DNA of 64,000 nt, taken from Candidatus Moraniibacteriota bacterium. Lineage in GTDB: Bacteria; Patescibacteriota; Minisyncoccia; Moranbacterales; UBA1568. The first letter of the stretch is position 1. The number at the start of each line of letters is the position of its first letter. The position numbers were made by a program, and so were the translations under genes. The notes beneath the pieces are model-generated. The model searched no databases. It was not told where the DNA came from and saw only the letters and a list, made by a program, of their open reading frames with translations. This document shows, piece after piece, positions 47,096 to 57,178 of this stretch. The DNA lies in NCBI GenBank assembly GCA_016699425.1, contig CP064975.1, forward strand, positions 1,149,369 to 1,213,368, written 5' to 3'.

Positions 47096-48432
47096 ACGAG
47101 ACCGCTATGAAGAAATCAGTTGCTATCATCGGTGCTGGATATACTGGCCTCGTCGCTGCCTATCGCCTCGCCAAGGCTGGGCAGGCGGTTACGGTCTATG
47201 AACGAGAGTCGTATGTCGCCGGTCTCGTCTCAGGATTTTCTTTGGATGGGATTGCGATGGAGAAGATCTATCACTTTCTCTATAAGACCGATGCGGATAT
47301 CCTCGGCCTCCTCGAAGAGCTGGGCGTCCGAGAGAAACTCGTCTTCCATGATAGCTCCGTCTCGACGTACTATGATGGAAAACTGTATCCATTCATGACC
47401 CCCGTGGACATCCTGCGCTTTACCCCGCTTTCATTTTTGAATCGGATCCGTTTTGGTGTTGTTGGTCTGTATTTGCAATTTTTGACCCGCTGGGAGCCCT
47501 TGACCCGTGTTACAGCCTACGATTGGATGCTGAAATGGTCAGGCAAAGAAGTCATGGACATTATCTGGACCCCGCTGCTTAAGGGGAAGTTCTCGAAATA
47601 CTATGACAAGATTGCCATGTCTTGGCTTTGGTCACGAATCCGGGTTCGGGCACGATCCAAGGAAAAGGGTGATGTCGTGGAGAAGTTAGGTTATTTTACC
47701 GGCGGTTGGCACATTGTGGCCGATCGTTTGGTCGAAGAGATTGAGAAGCTTGGTGGGGAAGTCCGCACAGGCGTACAGATCGAATCCCTTCGCTCCATCC
47801 CTGAGTCGGGGAAGGTTGAGGTGATGATTGATGGTTCTCCGATTCTTCACGATACCGTGATCGCGACTATTCCGACCCATGTCTTTGGTCGTCTCGTTGA
47901 AAATGATCCGTTGGCGACAGCTGAATACAAGTCACAGCTCGCGAGCATCGACTACATCGGTGCCGTCGTCATGCCGTTTGTTTCAACAGAACGTATCACC
48001 TCATATTACTGGCACAACATCAACGATCCTCGCTGTCCGTTCCTCGTATTTCTCTCGCTTTCAGAGCTAGCCGGTTCGGAAAATTTTGGCGGTAAGCATG
48101 TGTATTACGTCGGTGCCTATGTTTCGCACGACCACCCCTATTTTTCTCTCGAGAAGGAGGCTATCATGGATGAATGGAAAGCCGGACTGAAGCTGATGTT
48201 TCCGGATTTCGATGCTTCGAAGATAACCGCCGCTGAGCTGTTCCGCTTCAAGAACGCACAGCATATTGTCGGAATGGGTTACAAGGAAAAGATGCCGGCG
48301 TATCAGACACCGCTTCCAGGCGTCTACCTCGCAAACTTTTCTCAGATCTACCCGGACGACCGTGGTACCAACTATGCGGTTCGTGACGGCAATGTGATTG
48401 CTGATATGGTATTGCGTAACCTGAACGCCTGA
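47092..48432 (+). CDS. FAD/NAD(P)-binding oxidoreductase (amine oxidase / desaturase-like)
   Basis: Rossmann GAGYTGL. ATGA overlap with gtrA. Confidence 0.65.
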   Translation: MNETAMKKSVAIIGAGYTGLVAAYRLAKAGQAVTVYERESYVAGLVSGFSLDGIAMEKIYHFLYKTDADILGLLEELGVREKLVFHDSSVSTYYDGKLYPFMTPVDILRFTPLSFLNRIRFGVVGLYLQFLTRWEPLTRVTAYDWMLKWSGKEVMDIIWTPLLKGKFSKYYDKIAMSWLWSRIRVRARSKEKGDVVEKLGYFTGGWHIVADRLVEEIEKLGGEVRTGVQIESLRSIPESGKVEVMIDGSPILHDTVIATIPTHVFGRLVENDPLATAEYKSQLASIDYIGAVVMPFVSTERITSYYWHNINDPRCPFLVFLSLSELAGSENFGGKHVYYVGAYVSHDHPYFSLEKEAIMDEWKAGLKLMFPDFDASKITAAELFRFKNAQHIVGMGYKEKMPAYQTPLPGVYLANFSQIYPDDRGTNYAVRDGNVIADMVLRNLNA

Positions 48433-48448
48433 GACAGCATTCTCACCT

Positions 48449-51274
48449 ATGCCCAAGCTTGACCTCACTATCCTCCTACCGACCTATAACGAAGCGGCCA
48501 ACATCGCTCCGTTGCTTCGGGCTGTCGCTCGCTCGCTTGAAGAGAGCGATGTGCGGTATGAAATCGTCTTTGTCGACGATAGTTCGGACATGACACCGGA
48601 TGTCATCACTCGGATGCGAGAGGTTTACAAGGATGTCCGGCTAATTCGTCGAGCACCCGAAGAACGAACAGGTCTCGCAACAGCGCTCATCGCAGGCTTC
48701 GCAGCGGCGAAGGGCGAATACATCCTCTGTATGGATTCCGATCTCCAACACCCACCCTATGCCATACCGGAGCTTATTGCGAAACTTCGCGAGACGGGCG
48801 CTGATGTGACCGTCGCGACGCGGTATGCTGCCGGCGGGAGCGCCGAGGGACTTGGTACGTTGTACCGTCGAGCCGTCTCCCACCTGTGTCGATTTGCGGC
48901 GTGGGCGATCATTCCGCAGACGCACAAGACCACCGACCCGGGGAGCGGCTTCTTTGTGTTTCGGAAATCTATTGTCGAGAATCTTAATTTTCAGGGCCTT
49001 CAAGGATTCAAGATCCTGATCGATATCCTCGCCCGGACCAAGAAGCTCCGAGTTTCTGAAGTTCCCTATACTTTCCGAAAGCGAATCAATAATGAAAGCA
49101 AGGCGACCGTCGAACAGGGGATCGCCTTCCTTCGGCACCTTGTTCTTTTGAAGTGGCAGAGTCTCGTGCCTGAGGCAACAGGTCCGAAAAGTATCGAAAG
49201 CGCTATCCCGGCGCGTCGAGAGCCCCGGAACTGGGGTCGCATCTCTCAGACGCTTTTGATCGACGGCGCTATCGCCCTCGCGATTGGTCTGGTGGGGTGG
49301 TACCTGGTTGGTTACTACGCCGCCTTCAATTATTTGTACACGGGCTATGAGGACTGGATCTACCATGCGTTCCGAGTGAAGTCGCTGCAGGACCATGGGC
49401 TGGTCGCCTGGGACCATATCTGGAGTAACGGTATCGGTTATTGGAAACTGTACCAGTATGTGGCGCACTACATCATGCTCGGCGTCGTCGAGCTCACGGG
49501 TCTCCCAATTACCAAGGTGCTGCTGCTTTCTCTCGTTGTTCTCTACATCGGTCTTCGGGTGGCATTGTACGGCATCCTCCGTCTCCTCGGCGCGAATCGG
49601 TTTTTTGCCGTGTTGCCAGTGATCGCTTCGTACACCATCGTCCAGGAGTGGGGTTCCATGCAGGATTACTCAATCTACATCGCTTTCATCGCCTTTCCCC
49701 TCCATCTCCTGCTTTGGATCATGGCTTTTCGTGATCTCAAGTGGATTTATGTCTTGGCGGCGGTCACCGGTGCTGTCTGGACTTTTCATCCCGTATTTGG
49801 TTTCAATGCCTCAATCCTGCTTGGACTCCTCGTTGTCTTTTCAAAACTGAAATCCGATTTCTCAAAAATCTTCCGGGTAGGCATCGTCTATTTCATCGCA
49901 GCGGCACCATTTTTAACCTCGTACTTTACGGCCGGTTACTTCTTCACTAACCCGCTCTTCAAATCGTACATCTACCTCTCGACATCGGTACTGGCTCCGT
50001 ACGGCGGCCTCAGTATGCTCTATTGGCTCCTTTTCGGGATTATCTGGCTTTTGGTTATCTGGCGCTCACAACTCGTCCCGACCTGGACCAAGGTGCTGCT
50101 GGTCTACGCGAGCGTTTATCTCGTACTCATTTACCTTGGACAGAAGGATTATCTTCCGAATTTCCTCGTCCAGTTCCAGTTCTCACGCGGCATCACAGCG
50201 GTCGCATTTGCTCTCGTCCTCGTTTTTGGTGTCGTGCTCCAGCGGACGCTCGGCGCGGTACAGGGACTTGGTATCAAGCTTGTCGCTACTGTTCTCATCG
50301 CTGCAGGCATCGTCCATGCTGTTGATATCGCTTCGCGTTACTACGTTTCACCGCCGGTCAATGAAATCCAGAATGCCGTTGCTGAGTATTTCACCGATCA
50401 TGACTTGCCGAAGGGCAGTGTCTTTACAGAAAACGTTTCTGAAGCAACCTACTTTGCTCCGGCTGGCGTACGGTACGTCACGTCATACAATGAGCATATG
50501 CAGCCGCATCCCTATTCGACGCGTCTTCGCGTTCTCATGAATAGTCGGCTCGGTTACACGGGTATTTCACAGGCCCATCTCCGGAACATCGAGAATTACG
50601 CCACCGTTCTTGGTATCGAATATCTCTTTTTGCCCGCAGCCTCACCGTTGGTCACGGGGCTGACTTCCAAGGACGGAGCAATGTTCGAGTTGGTTGCGCT
50701 TGAGAATAGCGAACCGCTGACCGACGCGATTGCTGTGCTCCGTAATACGTCGCCAATCATATCAGCCTTTGCTGTTTCGCGCTCGGAAATTTCTGACCGT
50801 CTCCTTAGTGATGAGCTTCCATTGCCAACGATTCATATTGCCTCCTACAAGCCGTGGGATGAACGGATTGCTGAGATGGCAGAGATCGTGCGTTCCTCGG
50901 CCATTGTGCCGATCGAAGTCGGATTTGTTCCGACCAATGTACTGGAGATTGGTGGCGAGTCATTTCCCAAGTTGGATACGATGAATGATCCAATCATCCT
51001 CGTCAATCAGAGCTATGATGCGAAATGGCAGGTAGTTTCTCCTCAGGCGGGCGCATGGTCTGTTCAGCCATCGACACTTCGGCTTATGGTGTTGGAAAAA
51101 TCGGGGAGTGTCCCGGTTCAGGCCTTTGAATTACGCAATGATTGGCCGTGGTGGTACTGGCCGGTGCAGTCCCTCGGGGTCGTGATGACTCTTGTGGCTG
51201 TGCTTTGGACTATGAAGACGCATGGTCTTATCCGAATTTCGTTCAGGAAACTCTCCCGCTATGTCAACAAATAA
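48449..51274 (+). CDS. Fusion of an N-terminal GT2 (DPM1/GtrB-like) domain to a large polytopic membrane domain with an extracytoplasmic C-terminal region (GT-C/GtrC-like)
   Basis: LTILLPTYNE...FVDDSSD...MDSDLQ followed by about 12 TM helices and a roughly 300-aa soluble tail. Confidence 0.7.
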   Translation: MPKLDLTILLPTYNEAANIAPLLRAVARSLEESDVRYEIVFVDDSSDMTPDVITRMREVYKDVRLIRRAPEERTGLATALIAGFAAAKGEYILCMDSDLQHPPYAIPELIAKLRETGADVTVATRYAAGGSAEGLGTLYRRAVSHLCRFAAWAIIPQTHKTTDPGSGFFVFRKSIVENLNFQGLQGFKILIDILARTKKLRVSEVPYTFRKRINNESKATVEQGIAFLRHLVLLKWQSLVPEATGPKSIESAIPARREPRNWGRISQTLLIDGAIALAIGLVGWYLVGYYAAFNYLYTGYEDWIYHAFRVKSLQDHGLVAWDHIWSNGIGYWKLYQYVAHYIMLGVVELTGLPITKVLLLSLVVLYIGLRVALYGILRLLGANRFFAVLPVIASYTIVQEWGSMQDYSIYIAFIAFPLHLLLWIMAFRDLKWIYVLAAVTGAVWTFHPVFGFNASILLGLLVVFSKLKSDFSKIFRVGIVYFIAAAPFLTSYFTAGYFFTNPLFKSYIYLSTSVLAPYGGLSMLYWLLFGIIWLLVIWRSQLVPTWTKVLLVYASVYLVLIYLGQKDYLPNFLVQFQFSRGITAVAFALVLVFGVVLQRTLGAVQGLGIKLVATVLIAAGIVHAVDIASRYYVSPPVNEIQNAVAEYFTDHDLPKGSVFTENVSEATYFAPAGVRYVTSYNEHMQPHPYSTRLRVLMNSRLGYTGISQAHLRNIENYATVLGIEYLFLPAASPLVTGLTSKDGAMFELVALENSEPLTDAIAVLRNTSPIISAFAVSRSEISDRLLSDELPLPTIHIASYKPWDERIAEMAEIVRSSAIVPIEVGFVPTNVLEIGGESFPKLDTMNDPIILVNQSYDAKWQVVSPQAGAWSVQPSTLRLMVLEKSGSVPVQAFELRNDWPWWYWPVQSLGVVMTLVAVLWTMKTHGLIRISFRKLSRYVNK

Positions 51275-52787
51275 CACTCAAAAACCAGAACGCTTTCTCG
51301 CCTCGACACGGATCGATAATCTGACGATTGTCTTTCTGCTCTCGGCACCGTTTGTCGTAGTCTTCTACGCTTCTTTCGTCTTCAATCCAGCCAATGCCGA
51401 TCACCTCGTGCTCTATGCTTTCCAGGTGTTGGCGGATGCGATCAGTATCACGGTACTCGCCGGACTCTGGGTGACCGTCCTTCTCGATGTCGTTGTTGAG
51501 TGGCATCATCGTTTGAAGCGTGTCTGGGATGCCTCATTTCTCGAGACGAGCCCAACGATAGACTGTATCGTAACGACATATAATGAGCCGATTCCAGTGA
51601 TCCGCAGGACGCTCAAGGCCGTCATCTCGATGGAGTATCCCCATACGACGTATGCCTTTGACGACGGACAATCGGCTGAAGTTGCAGCACTCGCGAAGGA
51701 GCTTGGAGTCCGCTACGTGACGCGCGAGAGCCGTCAGCATGCGAAAGCGGGGAATTTGAACAATGGCCTTCAGCAATGCGAAGGAGACTTTTTTGCGGTC
51801 TTTGATGCCGATCAGGTGCCAAAGCCAGACTTTATCACGACACTCCTCCCCTATATGGCCAATGCTCGTGTCGCGATGGTTCAATCGCCGCAGCACTACG
51901 CGAATACCGAACACTTTATCGCCTCTGGCGCAGCCCAGGCGCAGGAAGTTTTTTACCGCTATGTCTGCCCGTCAAAGAACATCTCGAATTCAGCCTTTTG
52001 CGTTGGGACGAACATGATTTTCCGTCGGGCGGCGATCGATAGCATTGGTGGAATCGCGTTCAATAAATCAGAGGACATCTGGACCTCGCTCAAGCTTCAT
52101 GAGGGCGGCTGGCAGACTATTTTCGTGAACCGTATCCTCGCTATCGGACAGGCGCCTGATACAGTCGTCTCGTATTTCAAGCAGCAGCTCCGCTGGGCCC
52201 GTGGTGGACTCGAGATGTTGTTCTATCATAACCCACTGCGTTCTACTCGACTTCAGCTCGACCAGCGTATCCAATACTTCATGTCGAATTCATTCTTCTT
52301 GGTCGGGATTTCGATTTTCGTCTACCTCATTTTTCCGCTCCTCTATCTCCTCTTCTCCATCAAGCCGCTCGAGTCGCTATCGCCATTTACCTGGCTCGTC
52401 CACTACGTTCCGTTCTTCCTCCTCTATTACTCCCTCACGTGGCTGTTGACTGGCCGACTCCATCTCTCGACCCTCGCGACTGCGCTTGCGACATTCTACC
52501 CGTACCTCATGGCACTCCTCTCTGTATTCTTTGACAAGGAGCATGAGTGGACCGCGACGACGTCGAAGAAAAGCTCCCAGGACTACTTTATGAAGTGGGC
52601 GTGGCCGCATGCTTTTATCATGTTCCTCACGCCGCTCGCGCTTATAGTTGGTTGGTATAATAATTACGATTTCTGGTCGACACTCTTCTATTCTGTCTGG
52701 TCTGTCGTGAACATGCTCCTCCTCTATGTGTTTCTCACCGGTGAAGGTCGCACCGGGAGCGGTCCGCGAAAAGAATCAGAAGCCTAA
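51261..52787 (+). CDS. Processive GT2 beta-glycan synthase (cellulose/curdlan synthase-like, CESA family)
   Basis: D, DxD, TED-like and QQLRWARGG (QxxRW) motifs flanked by TM helices. Confidence 0.8.
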   Translation: MSTNNTQKPERFLASTRIDNLTIVFLLSAPFVVVFYASFVFNPANADHLVLYAFQVLADAISITVLAGLWVTVLLDVVVEWHHRLKRVWDASFLETSPTIDCIVTTYNEPIPVIRRTLKAVISMEYPHTTYAFDDGQSAEVAALAKELGVRYVTRESRQHAKAGNLNNGLQQCEGDFFAVFDADQVPKPDFITTLLPYMANARVAMVQSPQHYANTEHFIASGAAQAQEVFYRYVCPSKNISNSAFCVGTNMIFRRAAIDSIGGIAFNKSEDIWTSLKLHEGGWQTIFVNRILAIGQAPDTVVSYFKQQLRWARGGLEMLFYHNPLRSTRLQLDQRIQYFMSNSFFLVGISIFVYLIFPLLYLLFSIKPLESLSPFTWLVHYVPFFLLYYSLTWLLTGRLHLSTLATALATFYPYLMALLSVFFDKEHEWTATTSKKSSQDYFMKWAWPHAFIMFLTPLALIVGWYNNYDFWSTLFYSVWSVVNMLLLYVFLTGEGRTGSGPRKESEA

Positions 52788-52816
52788 TCACGATTTCTCT
52801 CTAATCTCTCACCTCT

Positions 52817-53710
52817 ATGTCGCAATCAACCAATCGCTCAATCAAGACGCTTGTCGTCAACGGCCTCTACCTCGGTGCTGCTTTTCTGTTTGCGTTTATG
52901 ATCGCGACACAGGCACTGATGCACAAGATCAATAACTACGAACTCAACAAGAGCCTTATTTTCCTTACGGTAAAGAAGGAGCGAGTGGATGTTTCAACCA
53001 CTGTTGCTGGCCGGATTGAAGAGATTCTGGTCCGACAGGGGTCATCGGTAAAAGAAGGTGAAATCGTTGCTCGATTGAAAGATGAGGGGAGAGTGTTAAA
53101 AATTGCCGCACTACGTCCAGTCGCTGGGGCAAACCTCTCCGCTCGTACCGAGCTCGAGCTGCTTTTGGCACAGGAGGATGAGTTCGAGATTCGTGCTCCG
53201 CGCTCTGGTGTCGTAGAGAAGGTCCATTCGACCAAGGGTACTTCCGTTATCGAGGGGTCTGTCCTACTCACGGTGTATGCCAATGATGATCTTGAACTCG
53301 TCGGCACTATTCGCCCAGAGCAATATAACCTCATCGACAAGCACCGGAGCATCAGTGTCTTTAACCCGCGGCTCGGCCAGGCCTTCACTGCTTCGTTCCA
53401 GGGTATCACTGGTGTCCGTGACGATCTCTTGCCAGATGGGACCATCGCACCAGTCCAGAATGACGCGGTAAAGAAAAACGAGATGTACGAAATTCGGTTC
53501 TCGCTCAATGAAAAGGAAGAAGGAGGATCCTTTATTGAAGGAGAGAAGCTCGAGGTCATCTCGGAAAACGCTGATGTCGAGCAGTTGAAGCCCCTCTATC
53601 GTCTGGCGCGGATGTGGAACAGCCTGATCCTTGGGACAGATTTCGACGCGCTCCGTAAATACAATGAAGGAAATAATAATGACATTCCCAAGACTGAAGA
53701 ATCTCAGTAA
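52817..53710 (+). CDS. HlyD/membrane-fusion-like protein
   Basis: N-terminal TM. Biotinyl-lipoyl-like hairpin EIRAPRSGVVEKVHSTKGTSVIEGSVLLTV. Confidence 0.5.
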   Translation: MSQSTNRSIKTLVVNGLYLGAAFLFAFMIATQALMHKINNYELNKSLIFLTVKKERVDVSTTVAGRIEEILVRQGSSVKEGEIVARLKDEGRVLKIAALRPVAGANLSARTELELLLAQEDEFEIRAPRSGVVEKVHSTKGTSVIEGSVLLTVYANDDLELVGTIRPEQYNLIDKHRSISVFNPRLGQAFTASFQGITGVRDDLLPDGTIAPVQNDAVKKNEMYEIRFSLNEKEEGGSFIEGEKLEVISENADVEQLKPLYRLARMWNSLILGTDFDALRKYNEGNNNDIPKTEESQ

Positions 53711-55652
53711 GTACATCCTCGGGGCGGCCGTTATCGGCAGTTCCGTTCTTTGGTTTGTCTGGTCACAGAAGTCGGCTGATCCGATAGTCACTCCAAAACA
53801 CGAAGAAGTAACCGTTTATACCCCGAAAGAGCGAAGCGTCGGGGAGCGGACCAACACCTGGTTTTCCAGCCTGTACCGACGTTTCCCGTCCGCACCACTT
53901 TTTGTCTTCCCAGGATCCTATCAGTTTACGGAAAGCGGGCTATCCATCAGTGATTCGCAGCTTGTCCCGACTGAAAAAACGCTGTACGGGAGTTTCAACC
54001 CGGTTTGTACAGTGAATGGCACCATCTCGGTCAAGAACGTCACGGTGGAACGCTATGGCGACTGGGATGTTTCCGTCGCGGTTGAGCCATCAGTGGGGGA
54101 TTCTTGGAGAGCGCAGCTCGTCCAGGGTTCGCCGATCGTGAATATCTCGGACTTTGTTTCCGATATGAAACCAGCCTGTGGAGATGGTGTCCAGCCGTCA
54201 AGATATCGCCAGGACGCGATTCTCGTAAAGCGCGGCGACCAGCCGGTACTGCTTATCCAGGCGATGGATGCCGAAGCAACAGAGGGTATCGTTCTCCGGT
54301 CTGAATCTGACCGGTACCGAGTGATCCAGCTCCCAATCTCTACCGACCAATCACTCGATTTCTTCCTCGATCTCGCTTGGGATCGAGTTCTGGATACCCA
54401 GTACGACTGGTCCGAAGATCAGAGTACTGAACGTATCAGACTCGTCACGCTCACCGAGAGTGGTCAGTCGTCTCTCACCACCGTCTGGCCACATCACCGT
54501 CTGGCGGGTGTGAGTATGGCATCATTTGGGAGCTATTCGACGGTGTATGGTCGTCTTGATCTCGTCCGTTCCGATCGGATCGAATTCCGCCAGTCACGAC
54601 CCGAGCTCCCGATCGGATTCAAGCCGGTAAGCGACGAGGTTGAACGGGCTAAAATCGAGGAATCTCTCCGCACGGACAGCCTGCGGTATCAAACGGAGAC
54701 ACCTCCATCCGGAGTGTATTTCCGTGGCGCCTGGTTTGGCGGCTTAGCGAGTCTCATCCTCTTGGCGGATGCGTACGGGCTTGAGGATGAGCGATCGAAA
54801 CTGCTTGATCTACTCGAGACACATTTCCGTCCCGCGCTCGTTGACTTTGCGTATGATGATGCAAAGAAAATGCTCATTGCTGCGAAGAATTCGGAATTCG
54901 GCAACGAAAAGGGGAATGATCACCATTTTCATTACGGCTACTATCTCCGCTCGGGTGCCGTGCTCGTCCAGTATCGTCCAGAGATCCGGGGAGAGCTCGT
55001 GCCGATTCTGAACGAAATGGCGCTCGATATCGCGAATACCGATCGATCATCTGATCGTTATCCGTTCCTGCGCCACTTCTCGCCGTACGCCGGTCATTCG
55101 TGGGCGGATGGGGAAGCGCTCTTTCAGGATGGCAACAATCAAGAATCAAGCTCGGAGGCGTTGAACGCTTGGTATGCCCTCTCGCTTTGGGGGAGTGTGA
55201 CCGGCCAAGAAGTCTATGCTACTACGGGGCGGAATCTCTACGCGCACGAACTCCTCGGCATCCGGTCATATTGGTTTGGCGAAGGGAATGCGTTTCCGTC
55301 TGAATACCGTCACCCGATCGTTTCACTCGTCTGGGGTGGAAAGCGTGACTACGCGACCTGGTTCAGCGCTGACCCGATGCATATCCAGGGGATACAGTGG
55401 CTGCCGATGACACCGGCATCGACCTACCTCGGCCGACTCCCGGGCCATGAGGCACGGATGCGTGATCTGGGATCGAGTGGAGCTCTTGCAGCGACTCATG
55501 AGTGGGGCGACCTCTATATCGCGTATCTGTCGTATCATGATCCGGCGGAAGCGCTCCGGAATCTCGAGTTGGCCGTCCCACGCCAGGCAATCAAATCAAC
55601 CGCACTCCTCCGGCACATTGTCTACACGAACTCGTCCTCAGGTAATCGCTGA
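53664..55652 (+). CDS. Glycoside hydrolase family 81 endo-beta-1,3-glucanase-like protein with a signal anchor
   Basis: NDHHFHYGYY motif and the surrounding C-terminal catalytic region characteristic of GH81. Confidence 0.65.
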   Translation: MKEIIMTFPRLKNLSKYILGAAVIGSSVLWFVWSQKSADPIVTPKHEEVTVYTPKERSVGERTNTWFSSLYRRFPSAPLFVFPGSYQFTESGLSISDSQLVPTEKTLYGSFNPVCTVNGTISVKNVTVERYGDWDVSVAVEPSVGDSWRAQLVQGSPIVNISDFVSDMKPACGDGVQPSRYRQDAILVKRGDQPVLLIQAMDAEATEGIVLRSESDRYRVIQLPISTDQSLDFFLDLAWDRVLDTQYDWSEDQSTERIRLVTLTESGQSSLTTVWPHHRLAGVSMASFGSYSTVYGRLDLVRSDRIEFRQSRPELPIGFKPVSDEVERAKIEESLRTDSLRYQTETPPSGVYFRGAWFGGLASLILLADAYGLEDERSKLLDLLETHFRPALVDFAYDDAKKMLIAAKNSEFGNEKGNDHHFHYGYYLRSGAVLVQYRPEIRGELVPILNEMALDIANTDRSSDRYPFLRHFSPYAGHSWADGEALFQDGNNQESSSEALNAWYALSLWGSVTGQEVYATTGRNLYAHELLGIRSYWFGEGNAFPSEYRHPIVSLVWGGKRDYATWFSADPMHIQGIQWLPMTPASTYLGRLPGHEARMRDLGSSGALAATHEWGDLYIAYLSYHDPAEALRNLELAVPRQAIKSTALLRHIVYTNSSSGNR

Positions 55653-55674
55653 AGTGGCGAGGAGAAGCTGAGAC

Positions 55675-55705
55675 AATAAAAAAATCAATCCGCCAACTGG
55701 CGGAT
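55675..55705. terminator. Bidirectional Rho-independent terminator
   Basis: ATCAATCCGCC-AACT-GGCGGATTGAT with A-run and T-run flanks. Confidence 0.7.
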
Positions 55706-55733
55706 TGATTTTTTAGTGAGGTGGGGGACTCTC

Positions 55734-55913
55734 TTACAAGAGTCCGACCTGGCCGAAGAAAGTGAGCGTGAGGACCGGTACGAGAGCGAGGAGGAACGCC
55801 ATCGACGTTTCCTGACTTTGCGCTTGTTCCTGTGCGACTTTGGCACAGTTCTCACACGCGGGTCCGCTGCACGGAGCCTCCATCAGGGGCTCATTGCCTT
55901 TCATCTCCATAGG
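55734..55913 (-). CDS. Possible 59-aa Cys-rich small membrane protein
   Basis: MEMKGNEPLMEAPCSGPACENCAKVAQ... plus a C-terminal TM. Below the ORF-track length cutoff. Confidence 0.25.
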   Translation of the reverse strand, partial: PMEMKGNEPLMEAPCSGPACENCAKVAQEQAQSQETSMAFLLALVPVLTLTFFGQVGLL

Positions 55914-56206
55914 AGTGTTTGTTTTTATTAATTATTTAAACGACCTGTTGAAAAGAAAAAACGGGGGACCTGGGTCACCCGTTTCGCTCACTTCAACATA
56001 TTTAGTATACTCCCGTTTTTGACAAAAGTCAACCCCTACCACCAAAGCTTTTCAAGGATTGGCGATTCTGATATTGACCGGAAGCAAGGGCTTCCAAAGA
56101 CTCGGCGGATATGAGCTGGCGGCGCTGTCTGTCTGCTGCCTGGATGCTGCCCGAACTGGAGAGTGGATAAAAAATAGTGTACACTAGAATACACTAAAGG
56201 AGACAC

Positions 56207-56965
56207 ATGCATATGCAAAAACGGAAACATCAACAACTGGCGATCTCGATCGCACTCCTCGGTGGAGCCATGCTCATCCTCGCGGGTTGCTCTTGGGAGA
56301 GTGCCCCGGTTGCAAAGGACCCGAAGCCGGCTGAGCTCCCGCTCGACAAACTGAAGCGGGCCGAGACCGACAAGACACTCGCCGAGGAAGCGAAAAAGAA
56401 AGAACAAGAAAAAGAAGTCGCTAAACCAGTAACCACCGCACCTGCTATGACAAGCAAACAATATCCGTCAGCGCCTGTGATGAGTATCGATCCAGCCAAG
56501 AAATATACAGCCGTACTCCACACGGAGAAAGGCGACATCGAAATTGAGCTGGCCGCTGCCGCGACACCGATCACCGTGAACAATTTTGTTTTCCTCGCCC
56601 GCGAGAAGTTTTATGACGGTGTCGTCTTCCATCGGACGATTCCCGGGTTCATGATCCAAGGAGGTGATCCGACGGGGACAGGGGCGGGTGGCCCAGGTTA
56701 TCGCTTCGATGACGAATCATTTTCTGGGGAGTACAAGCGCGGGACAGTCGCGATGGCCAATGCTGGACCGGATACGAATGGAAGCCAGTTCTTCATCATG
56801 CATGCTGACTATGCCTTGCCACCAAACTATGTTATTTTCGGCCAGGTCATGAAAGGCCTCGAGGTAGTGGACACGATTGTATCTGCGCCGACTCAGACTG
56901 GAGGTGAAGGATCGAAGCCGGTGACTCCGGTGAAGATCACCTCTGTCGATATCATCGAAAAGTAG
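56207..56965 (+). CDS. Cyclophilin-type peptidyl-prolyl isomerase lipoprotein
   Basis: Lipobox LAGC. FHRTIPGFMIQGGDP...GTVAMANAGPDTNGSQFFI. Confidence 0.85.
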   Translation: MHMQKRKHQQLAISIALLGGAMLILAGCSWESAPVAKDPKPAELPLDKLKRAETDKTLAEEAKKKEQEKEVAKPVTTAPAMTSKQYPSAPVMSIDPAKKYTAVLHTEKGDIEIELAAAATPITVNNFVFLAREKFYDGVVFHRTIPGFMIQGGDPTGTGAGGPGYRFDDESFSGEYKRGTVAMANAGPDTNGSQFFIMHADYALPPNYVIFGQVMKGLEVVDTIVSAPTQTGGEGSKPVTPVKITSVDIIEK

Positions 56966-57085
56966 TGCCATCTGGACCCCGCACCATATTTGGCCACGTT
57001 GACCACTAGCCTTGGGAAGAGGCGTAGCAGATACTTTGAGCCCCGCGCCATCCGGCATACTGTGTCTGGGGAATATGGTGCGGGG

Positions 57086-57114
57086 TTGACCGAGGCCCCT
57101 TTTCGGGCTATACT
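57086..57114 (+). promoter_or_regulatory. Sigma70-type promoter TTGACC-17-TATACT
   Basis: Exact spacing of 17 nt. Confidence 0.55.
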
Positions 57115-57128
57115 GTGATTGCTCAAAT

Positions 57129-57150
57129 AAAAGGCGGAAACGCCTTTTTT
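57129..57150 (+). terminator. Terminator-like hairpin plus U-tract about 8 nt downstream of the predicted TSS
   Basis: AAAAGGCG-GAAA-CGCCTTTTTT. Confidence 0.6.
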
Positions 57151-57178
57151 CGATACATAACGTCTGGGATACACATAT

